DNA from: an uncultured archaeon
GTDB lineage: Archaea; Asgardarchaeota; Lokiarchaeia; Sigyniarchaeales; SOKP01
NCBI GenBank assembly: GCA_964493385.1
Contig: CAZBNW010000004.1
Location: forward strand, 566-64,565
Length of the DNA stretch: 64,000 nt
Direction: 5' to 3'
The notes below the pieces were generated by a model. The model saw only the letters and a program-made list of their open reading frames with translations, made no database searches and had not been told where the DNA came from. Within the stretch, counting starts at the first letter, position 1; every line of letters starts with the position of its first letter. Shown here piece by piece: positions 1-9,484 of this stretch. The translations under genes and the position numbers were made by a program.

Positions 1-1
1 A

Positions 2-361
2 GAAAGAACATCTTTACGTATTGCTTATGCGTGTTCCTCAGGAGGTATGACGGGGTGTAAGTATTGTACTGACTTCTCGGGAGAATTCTCAGATATTTCC
101 TACTCCCCTTGGGGTGCTCCAAAAGGTTCTGGAGAAGCTCTTTTAATTATTAGAACTGATACAGGACAAAAGCTTATTGATGCTGCTGTTAAGAACAAAT
201 TGATTGAAATTACTGATCCGAATCCAGATTTATCCGAGATGAAGAAGTTCCTAAATAAGAAACGCAAAAAGAACTTCCTAACTCTTCTTGGTAAAGATTT
301 GATAAAAGCTAGATATTTAAATCTAAATATTGATGAGTTAAAGGATATTCTTGAAGATTAA
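2..361 (+). CDS. C-terminal part of a coenzyme F420 hydrogenase/dehydrogenase beta subunit (FrhB/FdhB)-like protein; 5' end lies outside the window
   Basis: The frame is open from base 2 into listed ORF 47..361. CKYCTDFSGEFSDIS..WG..G..LIIRTDTG resembles the FrhB-family C-terminal domain. Confidence 0.5.
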   Translation, partial: ERTSLRIAYACSSGGMTGCKYCTDFSGEFSDISYSPWGAPKGSGEALLIIRTDTGQKLIDAAVKNKLIEITDPNPDLSEMKKFLNKKRKKNFLTLLGKDLIKARYLNLNIDELKDILED

Positions 362-437
362 AATAAAGAAATCCCATATTCTTTTTATTGATATTTAATT
401 CATTTCTGCTGTAAAATTATTCTAAAAGAAATTAAAA

Positions 438-968
438 TTATTTTACAATTTCTTTTTTCTTTAGGATAGAGCGCGTTAAAGTTTCAAAAATATTTTTGTT
501 ATTTTCACCACTCTTCGAAGATGTTTCGAAAAAGTAGTCAAAATCATGTTTTTCTTTGAATTCTTCAGCGTGTTCATATTGTACACTTCTTCTTATGTCG
601 GCTAAATCAAGTTTTTCTCCAACCAAAATAAATACGGGATCATCAGCATTTTTATTAACGATAGTGTACCATTCATCCAAACTGTCAAAACTTGTACGTC
701 TTGTTATATCATAACATAATAAACATCCAGTTGCGCCTCTAGAATAATTAGGTAAAAATAGTCTAAAGCGTCTTTCTCCAGCAAAATCCCAAATTTGTAA
801 TGTAGTATTAATATTATCTATATCAACGTCAATTGTAGCCAAATCAGTTCCAATTGTAATCTTTTGAGGAATAAATTGCCCTGTTGTTAATCTCTGTACC
901 ATGGTGCTTTTTCCAACCCCTCCATCTCCCACAACAACGACTTTAAAAAGCATTCTTCTCTGCAACAT
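438..968 (-). CDS. Rab/Ras-like small GTPase
   Basis: P-loop GDGGVGKS, switch II WDFAGERRF (canonical form WDTAGQE), and LVGEKLDL as a divergent NKxD-like G4 box. Confidence 0.85.
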   Translation of the reverse strand: MLQRRMLFKVVVVGDGGVGKSTMVQRLTTGQFIPQKITIGTDLATIDVDIDNINTTLQIWDFAGERRFRLFLPNYSRGATGCLLCYDITRRTSFDSLDEWYTIVNKNADDPVFILVGEKLDLADIRRSVQYEHAEEFKEKHDFDYFFETSSKSGENNKNIFETLTRSILKKKEIVK

Positions 969-1033
969 TATATAGACCCATACTTTTTTGAGAGGATATT
1001 AATAATAATATAAATGTTGATTTTAATAAAATT

Positions 1034-1918
1034 TTATTCACTTTTCAATTGTTCCCTTATTTTATTATTTAATGCTTTAAGATTTTCAACTATTTTAATT
1101 TGCATATTTCTTGGCAGCGGTTCGATAACCTTATTCAACTTATCTCTACTAAAATTATTAATGGTTTTATAATTCCAAATTAAGAGAATAATAGTTAAAA
1201 TTGGCGAAATAATAAGAAATCCATAGAAAATATAAGAAAGCGTAATTGGTTGTGAACCTGGCAGAATTAATTGTATTCCAATAGAATTGTAGGGTATAAG
1301 TAAAAGAATAATTACATTTAAAATGTTCAAAATAATGAAAACTAAAAAGGTACTGATAGAAACTATCCTAAAATTTTTCAATTTTAAAAATGAAATTACG
1401 TTACTTAAATCGTCCGAAATTTGAGAATCATTATATTGAGGAATTCTGCCTTCAATAGCTTCTGTAATAAGTTCTATTTTTGCATATTTCCATAAATCAA
1501 TAAAAATCCAAAAAAATCCAAAAGTATATGAAAAAATTAGAATTCCTGGAAAAAAGGAGTAATAACCTACAACTATATGAGGATTGTATAATGACTCTGC
1601 ACCTAACCAGAAAATTAAGATCAATTGAAAAATTGAAGAAAAAAATAACCGATTTGCATTTTTCCTTTCAAAACCTAAAGGATTATAAATAACAAGACTT
1701 TTTTGAAATTCGGTTCTTTTTTTATTATTACTTATAATTCTAAAAAATAGCGAAAATGTAAATGTTATCAAAGGGAATAATAATAAGAATATACTATCCC
1801 ATGCTTGACTGATGATTAATAGAAATGGGAAAATAAATAAAATTAAATCTCGTAGTAGACTTTCAGAGATTAAATCTTTTATTGACAAATAATATTTCTT
1901 ATTATTTTTTTCATTCAT
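1034..1918 (-). CDS. Polytopic membrane protein of unknown function, co-oriented directly upstream of the GTPase
   Basis: 294-aa ORF with many hydrophobic segments, 65 nt upstream of GTPase 438..968 on the same strand. Confidence 0.55.
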   Translation of the reverse strand: MNEKNNKKYYLSIKDLISESLLRDLILFIFPFLLIISQAWDSIFLLLFPLITFTFSLFFRIISNNKKRTEFQKSLVIYNPLGFERKNANRLFFSSIFQLILIFWLGAESLYNPHIVVGYYSFFPGILIFSYTFGFFWIFIDLWKYAKIELITEAIEGRIPQYNDSQISDDLSNVISFLKLKNFRIVSISTFLVFIILNILNVIILLLIPYNSIGIQLILPGSQPITLSYIFYGFLIISPILTIILLIWNYKTINNFSRDKLNKVIEPLPRNMQIKIVENLKALNNKIREQLKSE

Positions 1919-2093
1919 TTTTTTATAAAAAAATACGTAATAAATAAATTTTTATGATTTTCATTTAGAATAATATTATTTTCAATGTAAGCTTTTAGTT
2001 CTTATCGTAAAGCCTAAAAATTTAAATTAAGCATACTATTTTATTCCACTATACATCTCAAACACATTAATACTGTAAGTGTGTGTAGAAATT

Positions 2094-3191
2094 ATGAGTA
2101 CTGAACCAATTGAAATTAAAAAAACTGCACTCTATAATATTCATTTAAAACTTAATGCTCGGATGGTTAGTTTTGCTGGATATTATATGCCAGTTCAATA
2201 TGAGAGTATAATAAAGGAGCATGAAGCTGTTCGCTCTAGTACCGGTGTATTTGACATCTCACATATGGGTGAATTTCTTCTCGAAGGTAAAGACGTGATT
2301 GAATTCCTTCAATATATAATGATAAATGATTTAAATTTATTAGAGCCGTCTAAAGGCCAATATTCTTGTATGTGTTATGAAAACGGAACAGTTGTAGATG
2401 ATTTAGTGTATTATAAGGAAAATCCAGAGCGTTTTAGAATGATTGTTAATGCTATTAATATTGAAAAAGATTTCCAATGGCTTAATGATCATATAGGAAA
2501 TTATGATGTAAAAATCACAAATCTTTCTACAAAACGATCTCGTGTTGCATTTCAAGGACCAAAATCTGATGAATCTCTTCAGCCATTAGTGGATGTTGAT
2601 CTTTCTCAAATTAACAGGTTTTATTTTGCTTATTGTACCATTAAAGATACTCCCGTTTTTCTAGCGAGAACTGGGTATACTGGTGAAAGAGGATTTGAAA
2701 TATCCTTTGAAAATAAGTATGCAGAAAAAATTTGGAATGATTTAATGAGTATTGGGGCAAATCCTACAGGTTTAGGGGCTAGAGATTCATTAAGATTGGA
2801 AGCATGTTATTCACTTTATGGTCATGAAATAAGTGATTCTATAACTCCTGTTGAAGCAGGGCTTGGTTGGTTGGTGAAACCTAAGGAAGGAATTGATTTC
2901 ATTGGAAAAGAAATTCTAATGAAACAAAAAACTGAAGGGACAAAAAGAGTTTTAGTTGGTCTCAATTTGATAGACAAAGGTATTATTAGAGAGAACTATA
3001 AAATCTTTAAAGATGGCAATGAAATTGGATTTGTTACTTCTGGGGGGTATTCACCCACGCTTAATAAGACAATTGGTTTAGGACTTGTGAAGAAACAATA
3101 TAAAGAAATAGGAAGTGAAATTGATATCGAAATTCGCAAAAAATTCCTAAGAGGAGTGGTTGTTTCTACACCGTTTTACCGTAACGTGTAA
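2094..3191 (+). CDS. gcvT: Glycine cleavage system T protein (aminomethyltransferase)
   Basis: Motifs YMPVQY, GVFDISHMGEF and ARTGYTGERGFE; first gene of the gcv cluster. ATG 2094 is preferred over the listed GTG 2079. Confidence 0.9.
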   Translation: MSTEPIEIKKTALYNIHLKLNARMVSFAGYYMPVQYESIIKEHEAVRSSTGVFDISHMGEFLLEGKDVIEFLQYIMINDLNLLEPSKGQYSCMCYENGTVVDDLVYYKENPERFRMIVNAINIEKDFQWLNDHIGNYDVKITNLSTKRSRVAFQGPKSDESLQPLVDVDLSQINRFYFAYCTIKDTPVFLARTGYTGERGFEISFENKYAEKIWNDLMSIGANPTGLGARDSLRLEACYSLYGHEISDSITPVEAGLGWLVKPKEGIDFIGKEILMKQKTEGTKRVLVGLNLIDKGIIRENYKIFKDGNEIGFVTSGGYSPTLNKTIGLGLVKKQYKEIGSEIDIEIRKKFLRGVVVSTPFYRNV

Positions 3192-3224
3192 TTCCATGCA
3201 TAATATAAAGAAAAAGTGAAAATT

Positions 3225-3620
3225 ATGGAATATGAATTTCCCAACGATTTAAAATACACATCAACTCACGAGTGGGTAAGAATTGAAGATACTGTCGCCA
3301 CTGTTGGAATTACTGATTATGCCCAACATCAATTAGGTGATATTGTATTTGTAGAACTTCCTGAAGTTGGTATGCTGTTTGAAAAGGGAAGTAATGCAGC
3401 AGAAATTGAATCAGTAAAAGCTGTTGGTGATTTAATCATGCCATTATCAGGAGAAATTATTGGTATAAATGATAAGCTTGCTGATAATCCAGAGCTTGTA
3501 AATTCTTCTCCATTTGGAGATGGATGGATGATAAGGATAAAATTTTCTCACCAGGATGAAAGGGATGGTCTTTTATCTACCGAAGAATACAAACAAATAA
3601 TCCAAAAAGAAATACATTAA
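3225..3620 (+). CDS. gcvH: Glycine cleavage system H protein (lipoyl carrier)
   Basis: YTSTHEWV, lipoyl-lysine context EIESVKAV, and GDGWM. ATG 3225 is preferred over GTG 3216. Confidence 0.9.
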   Translation: MEYEFPNDLKYTSTHEWVRIEDTVATVGITDYAQHQLGDIVFVELPEVGMLFEKGSNAAEIESVKAVGDLIMPLSGEIIGINDKLADNPELVNSSPFGDGWMIRIKFSHQDERDGLLSTEEYKQIIQKEIH

Positions 3621-3682
3621 TATTTTTTTCTTTATTGTTTTTATTAATTTTTGAATTAACATATAAATGAGTTAACAAATAA

Positions 3683-5023
3683 ATGAATTTTGTACCTCAT
3701 GATAATAAAACAATTGCAGAAATGTTAAATGTTATTGGTGCTAATTCTTTACAAGAACTTTTTCAGGATATTCCTAAAGATTTACTGATTGAGAATTTTA
3801 ACTTACCTTCTGGTTTATCCGAATCAGATCTTTTACATCAAATAAAGAAACTTTCTCAAAAGAATAAAGAATATTCAAGTTCTTTCATAGGAGCTGGTTG
3901 TTATTATCATTATATTCCATCTTTAGTTGATTTTGTAACCTCTCGATCTGAATTTTATACTTCTTATACACCATATCAAGCTGAGGCTAGTCAGGGTTAT
4001 TTACAAGCTATTTATGAATACCAAACTATAATCTCTCGACTGACACAAATGGATGTTGCAAACGCGAGTATGTATGATGGATCAACTGCCCTTGCTGAAG
4101 CTGCTATTATGGCTACGATTATTGCAAGGAAAAGTTCAGTTATCTTGCTTAGTGGGATTCACCCTGAATATGAAGAAGTCGTTAGAACCTATTGCTGGGG
4201 ACAAAATATTAATGTTGAAACTGTAAAAAAAGAAATTCTAATTGACAAATTAAATAATGAAGTAGCTGCTGTATTATTTCAAAGTCCTAACTTTTTTGGT
4301 GATATTGAAGATATTTCCAAAATCACAAAAATAGTGAGAGATAATTGCCCTAATTGTTTGATTATTCAAGTCATGACTGACCCAACCTGTCTAGGTATTC
4401 TAAAACCTCCTGGAGTAACTGATATTGACATTTTTGTAGCTGAAGGACAATCTTTTGGCATTAGTCCATCTTTTGGAGGACCAGGATTAGGAATATTTAC
4501 TGCTAAGCAAAAATATTTAAGAAAGATGCCGGGAAGATTGATTGGTAAAACTAAAGAAATTAATGGACAAAAAGAGGGATTCATACTTACTCTGCAAGCA
4601 CGTGAACAACATATACGCAGAGAAAAGGCAAGTTCTAATATTTGTACTAATCAAGCACTGTGTTCATTGGCAGCGTTATCTTATCTTTTAGCAGTGGGAA
4701 GAACTGGTTTAAAAGAAGTTGCATTTCAAAATTTTCAAAAAGCTCATTTTGCTAAAAAAGAACTTAGTAAACTTCCTGGTTATGAAATATTAAATAAGAA
4801 ACCAACTTATAACGAATTTTTAGTTAAATGTCCTAATATTAACGCTCTAATTAAGCAATGTAAACAAAGAAATCTTCAACCTCCTCTTAATATTTCACGC
4901 TACTATCCTGAAATGAAAAATATTGCTTTAGTTTGTGTAACTGAAATGAACTCAAAAGATTCAATTGATACATTTATAGAAGCAGCTCGATCTGTTTCAA
5001 ATGATAAAATGGAGGTAATATAA
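3683..5023 (+). CDS. gcvPA: Glycine dehydrogenase (decarboxylating) subunit 1
   Basis: 446-aa ORF with YTPYQAEASQG and a PFGGPGLG-like SFGGPGLG; lies next to gcvH and gcvPB. Confidence 0.9.
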   Translation: MNFVPHDNKTIAEMLNVIGANSLQELFQDIPKDLLIENFNLPSGLSESDLLHQIKKLSQKNKEYSSSFIGAGCYYHYIPSLVDFVTSRSEFYTSYTPYQAEASQGYLQAIYEYQTIISRLTQMDVANASMYDGSTALAEAAIMATIIARKSSVILLSGIHPEYEEVVRTYCWGQNINVETVKKEILIDKLNNEVAAVLFQSPNFFGDIEDISKITKIVRDNCPNCLIIQVMTDPTCLGILKPPGVTDIDIFVAEGQSFGISPSFGGPGLGIFTAKQKYLRKMPGRLIGKTKEINGQKEGFILTLQAREQHIRREKASSNICTNQALCSLAALSYLLAVGRTGLKEVAFQNFQKAHFAKKELSKLPGYEILNKKPTYNEFLVKCPNINALIKQCKQRNLQPPLNISRYYPEMKNIALVCVTEMNSKDSIDTFIEAARSVSNDKMEVI

Positions 5024-6462
5024 TTATAAAATCTAATGTTCCATTAATTTTTGAAAAAGGATTTGACGGTGAACAACAGATATTTATACCTCAAATGGAT
5101 GTTGAAGTAGTTGATCTCAATGAAATTATACCAGAAATTTTACAAAGAAAAGATTTACCAATTCCAAATCTCCCAGAGGTAGAACTAGTTCGCCATTTTA
5201 TCAATTTAAGCCATCGAAATTATGGAGTAGATACTGGAATATATCCTCTAGGCTCATGCACTATGAAATATAATCCTAAAGTAAATGAAATTGTTGCAAA
5301 ATTACCAGGATTTACGTTCATTCATCCATTACAAGAAGAAAATGAAGGTTGTATTGAATTACTTTATCATCTCTCAAAACTATTAGGAGAACTGACGGGA
5401 ATGGGTGGATTTACCTTACAACCAGCAGCTGGAGCTCATGGAGAATTAGTGGGTTTACTTATTATGAAAAAATATTTTGAGATTAAAGGTCTTAAAAAAC
5501 AGAAAATAATAGTTCCAGATTCTGCTCATGGAACCAATCCAGCATCGGCAAAGATGGCAGGATTTTCAATCATAGAATTAAAATCAAATAAACAAGGAGA
5601 AGTTCCATTAGATCAATTAGAATTCGCAATGCAGGAAGGTGATGTTGCGGGAATCATGCTCACTAATCCCAATACTTTAGGGGTTTTTGATAGGCAGATA
5701 AAAGATATTACGCGTATTGTACATGATAATGGAGGATTATGTTATTATGATGGGGCAAATCTAAACCCAATGTTAGGAATATGCCGTCCTCGGGATATGG
5801 GATTTGATATTGTTCATTTAAATTTACACAAAACATTTTCTACTCCACATGGTGGAGGGGGGCCAGGATCAGGGCCCATAGGTGTTGTAAATGAATTAAT
5901 TCCTTTCCTTCCTGAAATCTGCTTAATATCAACAGAACAAGGGATTGTATGCAGAGAAAAAAATGATAATTCAATTGGAAGAATTAAAACTTTTTGGGGT
6001 AATTTCGGAGTAATCATTAGAGCATATGCTTATATCCTAGCTTTAGGTGCAGAAGGCTTAAAGAAAGTTGCTCAGATTGCAGTTTTAAATGCAAATTATT
6101 TAAAAGTTCAGTTACAACAAAAATATTATCTCCCTTATAACCGTGCCTGCCAACACGAGTTTGTCTTATCAGATCAAGCTATGCCCAATAATGTCACTAC
6201 TGAAGATATTGCAAAACGTATTCTTGATTTTGGAATTTATGCTCCAACCATCTATTTTCCATTAATTATTCCAGGAGCTTTAATGATCGAGCCTACTGAA
6301 ACCGAATCAAAACAATCTTTAGATTACTTTGTGGAGGTAATGAATAAAATTTATGAAGAAGCAGAATCTAACCCTGATCTCTTAAAAAGTGCTCCTCACA
6401 ATACTCCAGTTAAACGCCTTGATGCTGTACTTGCTGCAAGAAAACCTATTCTACATGATTAA
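5023..6462 (+). CDS. gcvPB: Glycine dehydrogenase (decarboxylating) subunit 2; the start is apparently non-canonical (ATT 5023 or ATA 5020/5026)
   Basis: PLP-site region NLHKTFSTPHGGGGPG. The conserved N-terminal PLIFEK motif is encoded in frame upstream of the listed ATG 5095, and no ATG/GTG/TTG occurs back to the stop at 5005. GGAGGT lies at 5011..5016. Confidence 0.8.
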   Translation: MIKSNVPLIFEKGFDGEQQIFIPQMDVEVVDLNEIIPEILQRKDLPIPNLPEVELVRHFINLSHRNYGVDTGIYPLGSCTMKYNPKVNEIVAKLPGFTFIHPLQEENEGCIELLYHLSKLLGELTGMGGFTLQPAAGAHGELVGLLIMKKYFEIKGLKKQKIIVPDSAHGTNPASAKMAGFSIIELKSNKQGEVPLDQLEFAMQEGDVAGIMLTNPNTLGVFDRQIKDITRIVHDNGGLCYYDGANLNPMLGICRPRDMGFDIVHLNLHKTFSTPHGGGGPGSGPIGVVNELIPFLPEICLISTEQGIVCREKNDNSIGRIKTFWGNFGVIIRAYAYILALGAEGLKKVAQIAVLNANYLKVQLQQKYYLPYNRACQHEFVLSDQAMPNNVTTEDIAKRILDFGIYAPTIYFPLIIPGALMIEPTETESKQSLDYFVEVMNKIYEEAESNPDLLKSAPHNTPVKRLDAVLAARKPILHD

Positions 6463-6595
6463 TTTCATGTGTTAACATTTCAAATTAAAACTAATCAGTC
6501 CAGAAGTTTTTAGCTAAGCTTCTTCTCCTTTCCCAAAGCTCATTTTTTTGAGAAAAACCCATTACTCCAGCACCTTGATCTGCATCCTTTATTTT

Positions 6596-7324
6596 TCACA
6601 TTCCACTAACTGCTCCTGTTAACGCACCCGATAACACTTCAAAACCCTGTGCTGTATAAAGATCACACTCAACACCTTTATTTATTATAAATTTAAGTTG
6701 CCTCATACCTTGTTGATTTTTAGATTTGAGTATTTCGAGTAATTTTTCTACCTCATTATCAAGTTGATCGTTTGGAACTAGACGATTCCATAAATTCCAT
6801 TCTACTGCTCGCTGTGCTGTATGAAGTGCTCCTATTAAATTGATTTCCTTTGCTCTACGTCTTCCAATAAGGCGTGATAACCTAGTTGTTCCTCCCCATC
6901 CTGGTGTTATACCTACATCCACTTCTGGCATTCCCCATTTAGCTCTCTCTGTTGCAATGACAAAATCACAAACCATTGTGATCTCTAATCCACCACCAAC
7001 CGCAAAACCATCTACCGCTGCAACTGTAATTTTATCTAACTCTTCTAATTGATTTGCCATATTTTGATAATATCTTACGCGCCGCGTTATCCCATTCGCA
7101 TCGCCCCATTTTAGCATCTCAGTAATATCATCACCTACACTAAAATTATTTCCAGCACCTTTAATTACTAAAAACTTCAATTTTGTAGATTGGCGTACCA
7201 TTTCTATAGCAGCTACAATTTCATCAGAGAGTTGCATACTTAAGGCATTTAAAACTTTTGGGCGGTTAAGGGTGATTCTTGCTACTTGATCTTTCTCTTC
7301 ATAAATTAATTGTTCGAATTTCAT
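6596..7324 (-). CDS. Enoyl-CoA hydratase/isomerase (crotonase) family protein; the ORF ends at a TGA followed by 34 open codons (see findings)
   Basis: ITLNRPKVLNAL, GAGNNFSVGDD and AAVDGFAVGGGLE are typical crotonase-fold motifs. Confidence 0.85.
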   Translation of the reverse strand: MKFEQLIYEEKDQVARITLNRPKVLNALSMQLSDEIVAAIEMVRQSTKLKFLVIKGAGNNFSVGDDITEMLKWGDANGITRRVRYYQNMANQLEELDKITVAAVDGFAVGGGLEITMVCDFVIATERAKWGMPEVDVGITPGWGGTTRLSRLIGRRRAKEINLIGALHTAQRAVEWNLWNRLVPNDQLDNEVEKLLEILKSKNQQGMRQLKFIINKGVECDLYTAQGFEVLSGALTGAVSGM

Positions 7325-7516
7325 AAACGTTAATTGGACAAATTACTATAAAAATGTTATATAAATTTTACTTTAACTATGAAAAAAATGAGCAAATCTC
7401 CATTATATATCCCATTTTAGTTATGTTTATTACGGAATAAGTAAATTTTTATAGTCTATGGTAATATAAATTTTAGAATAGTATGAAATACATAAATTAG
7501 ATATTGCTGTACAAAA

Positions 7517-9484
7517 ATGGACTATTTATCTTTTTTCCCTTACGAGCAATTCAGAGAAAATCATGAGAATATTACCAAGCAGATTGAACTAAGTTCAAGA
7601 TCAAAAAAAGTAACTCTTTTATTAGCTCCTAATGGAACAGGAAAAACAATAATTGCTTTATGTGGGCTTTTACCTTTAGCTTATGAGAAAAATCTAAAAA
7701 TCATTTATATGTGTCGAACACATTCTCAAAATCGTAGAATAATCAAAGAGTTGATAAAAATCTCACAAAAAATAACCGATGATAATCTTGGAATTAAACT
7801 TAACTGTCTATCGATAAGAGGGAGAAATGAGATGTGCCTAAATAAAACCTTATTATCTCTTAAGCTAAATCCAAGGGAAGCTATGTCTGTTTGTAGAGAC
7901 TTAAGAAAGAATAGGAATTGTATTTATTTTTTAAATTTATTAAAAAAGAAGGGACAAAATGAAAATCCAATATCAATCGCACCAGAATTATTTAATAAGC
8001 CAGTTGATGCGGAAGATCTTATAAATTTCTGTAAGGTAAAAAAATTTTGTCCTTATTTCTTAAGTAAGTTCTTACTTGAACAGATGAAAGTAATTATCTG
8101 TAATTATCAATGGATTTTCAATCCATTCATTCGAGATTCTTTTTTAGAATTTATTGGTCAAGAGCTTCAAAACTGTATATTAGTATTAGATGAATGTCAT
8201 AATATAATTGATGTTGCTACAGAAGTAAATTCAAAAAAAATCACACCATATTCATTAAGACTTTGCTTAAAAGATCTAGAAATGTACAGGTCCCCTATCT
8301 TAATGCAGAGTTTTGTTAAAATATTATTAGATCAATTAAATGAGAAGAAAAATAATCTAAGAATTGAAGAAAAATCGGTTTTACCAGGTAAATTTTTAGA
8401 AATTATTTATAAAAAACTTGGACTTCATGACTTGAATGGATTTAAGATCTATATCGAAGAACTTCATGATTACAGTGTTTCAATTCATGAGGAAAAACTC
8501 GCTAATGGTGAAATCTCAAGAGATTTTGTTGGTTCTTTAGCAGAATTTTGGTTGAAATGGCTGAAAACATACACTTTAGATAATTATTTCTTTTGTTACA
8601 ATCTAAAAACCATTAAAGGAAAACGATTAGTATCACTTGAAATTGTAGCATTAGATCCGAGAGAAATTTCTATTCCTATCTTAAAAAGATGCTATACATG
8701 TTTAAATCTCTCTGGCACTGTGAATCCCTATGTTTTTAATAATTTAATGGGATTAAATGAATGTGGTAAGAGTTATAAAGGGATTATAGCAGGCTCACCA
8801 TTTAGTAATAAAAATATTAAGGCTATTATCACTGAAGGAGTAGATACTAAAAGAGATAATAGAATACCGAGTATGTTTAAAAAAATGATTAAGAAAATTA
8901 GTGAAGTTTTGCAATGTACTCCCGCAAATATAGGGATTTTTTGTGCATCCTATCAAATTCTTAATGCCCTCATAGAGAATGGTATAGAATCTGTAATAGA
9001 AAAAAATAATAAAAAACTCTTCATTGAGGAACCTGGATTGTCCGCCTCTGAAAATGCTGTTTTAGTAGATAATTTCAAAAGTATGGCTTCAAATGGAGGG
9101 GCTGTTTTATTAGGAGTATGTGGAGGAAGAAACTCAGAAGGAGAAGATTATCCAGGAGGCTTCATGAATTCTGTTATAATTGCTGGATTTCCATATCATC
9201 TACCAACTCCTAGAGTTGAGGCAAAAATAGGTTACTATGATAAAGTTTTTAAAAGACAAGGTTGGAATTTTGGGTACCTTTATCCAGCGGTGCAACGAGC
9301 CAATCAAGCTTCTGGGAGACCAATAAGAAAGATCTCTGATAAAGGGGCGATTATTTTTATGGATAGCCGATTTAAAGCAAAATATAAATGGATTTCAGAC
9401 TGGATAAGAAAAGAATTAGAAATAATTCCTGATAAACCCAATGCTATAATTCAGAACTTACATCCTTTTTGGAATGCTGTATAA
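7517..9484 (+). CDS. XPD/Rad3-family superfamily-2 DNA helicase
   Basis: Walker A APNGTGKT and a DEAH-like VLDECHNI. Four spaced Cys between them (EMCLN, SVCRD, NCIYF, FCPYF) fit the FeS domain. C-terminal QASGRPIR. Confidence 0.8.
   Translation: MDYLSFFPYEQFRENHENITKQIELSSRSKKVTLLLAPNGTGKTIIALCGLLPLAYEKNLKIIYMCRTHSQNRRIIKELIKISQKITDDNLGIKLNCLSIRGRNEMCLNKTLLSLKLNPREAMSVCRDLRKNRNCIYFLNLLKKKGQNENPISIAPELFNKPVDAEDLINFCKVKKFCPYFLSKFLLEQMKVIICNYQWIFNPFIRDSFLEFIGQELQNCILVLDECHNIIDVATEVNSKKITPYSLRLCLKDLEMYRSPILMQSFVKILLDQLNEKKNNLRIEEKSVLPGKFLEIIYKKLGLHDLNGFKIYIEELHDYSVSIHEEKLANGEISRDFVGSLAEFWLKWLKTYTLDNYFFCYNLKTIKGKRLVSLEIVALDPREISIPILKRCYTCLNLSGTVNPYVFNNLMGLNECGKSYKGIIAGSPFSNKNIKAIITEGVDTKRDNRIPSMFKKMIKKISEVLQCTPANIGIFCASYQILNALIENGIESVIEKNNKKLFIEEPGLSASENAVLVDNFKSMASNGGAVLLGVCGGRNSEGEDYPGGFMNSVIIAGFPYHLPTPRVEAKIGYYDKVFKRQGWNFGYLYPAVQRANQASGRPIRKISDKGAIIFMDSRFKAKYKWISDWIRKELEIIPDKPNAIIQNLHPFWNAV

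Noticed and set aside
4366-7052. Listed antisense ORFs 4366..4584, 5814..6017 and 6840..7052
   Set aside because: They lie entirely inside, and antisense to, well-supported gcvPA, gcvPB and crotonase genes. They are Pro/Gly-rich mirror translations of conserved Gly-rich motifs.
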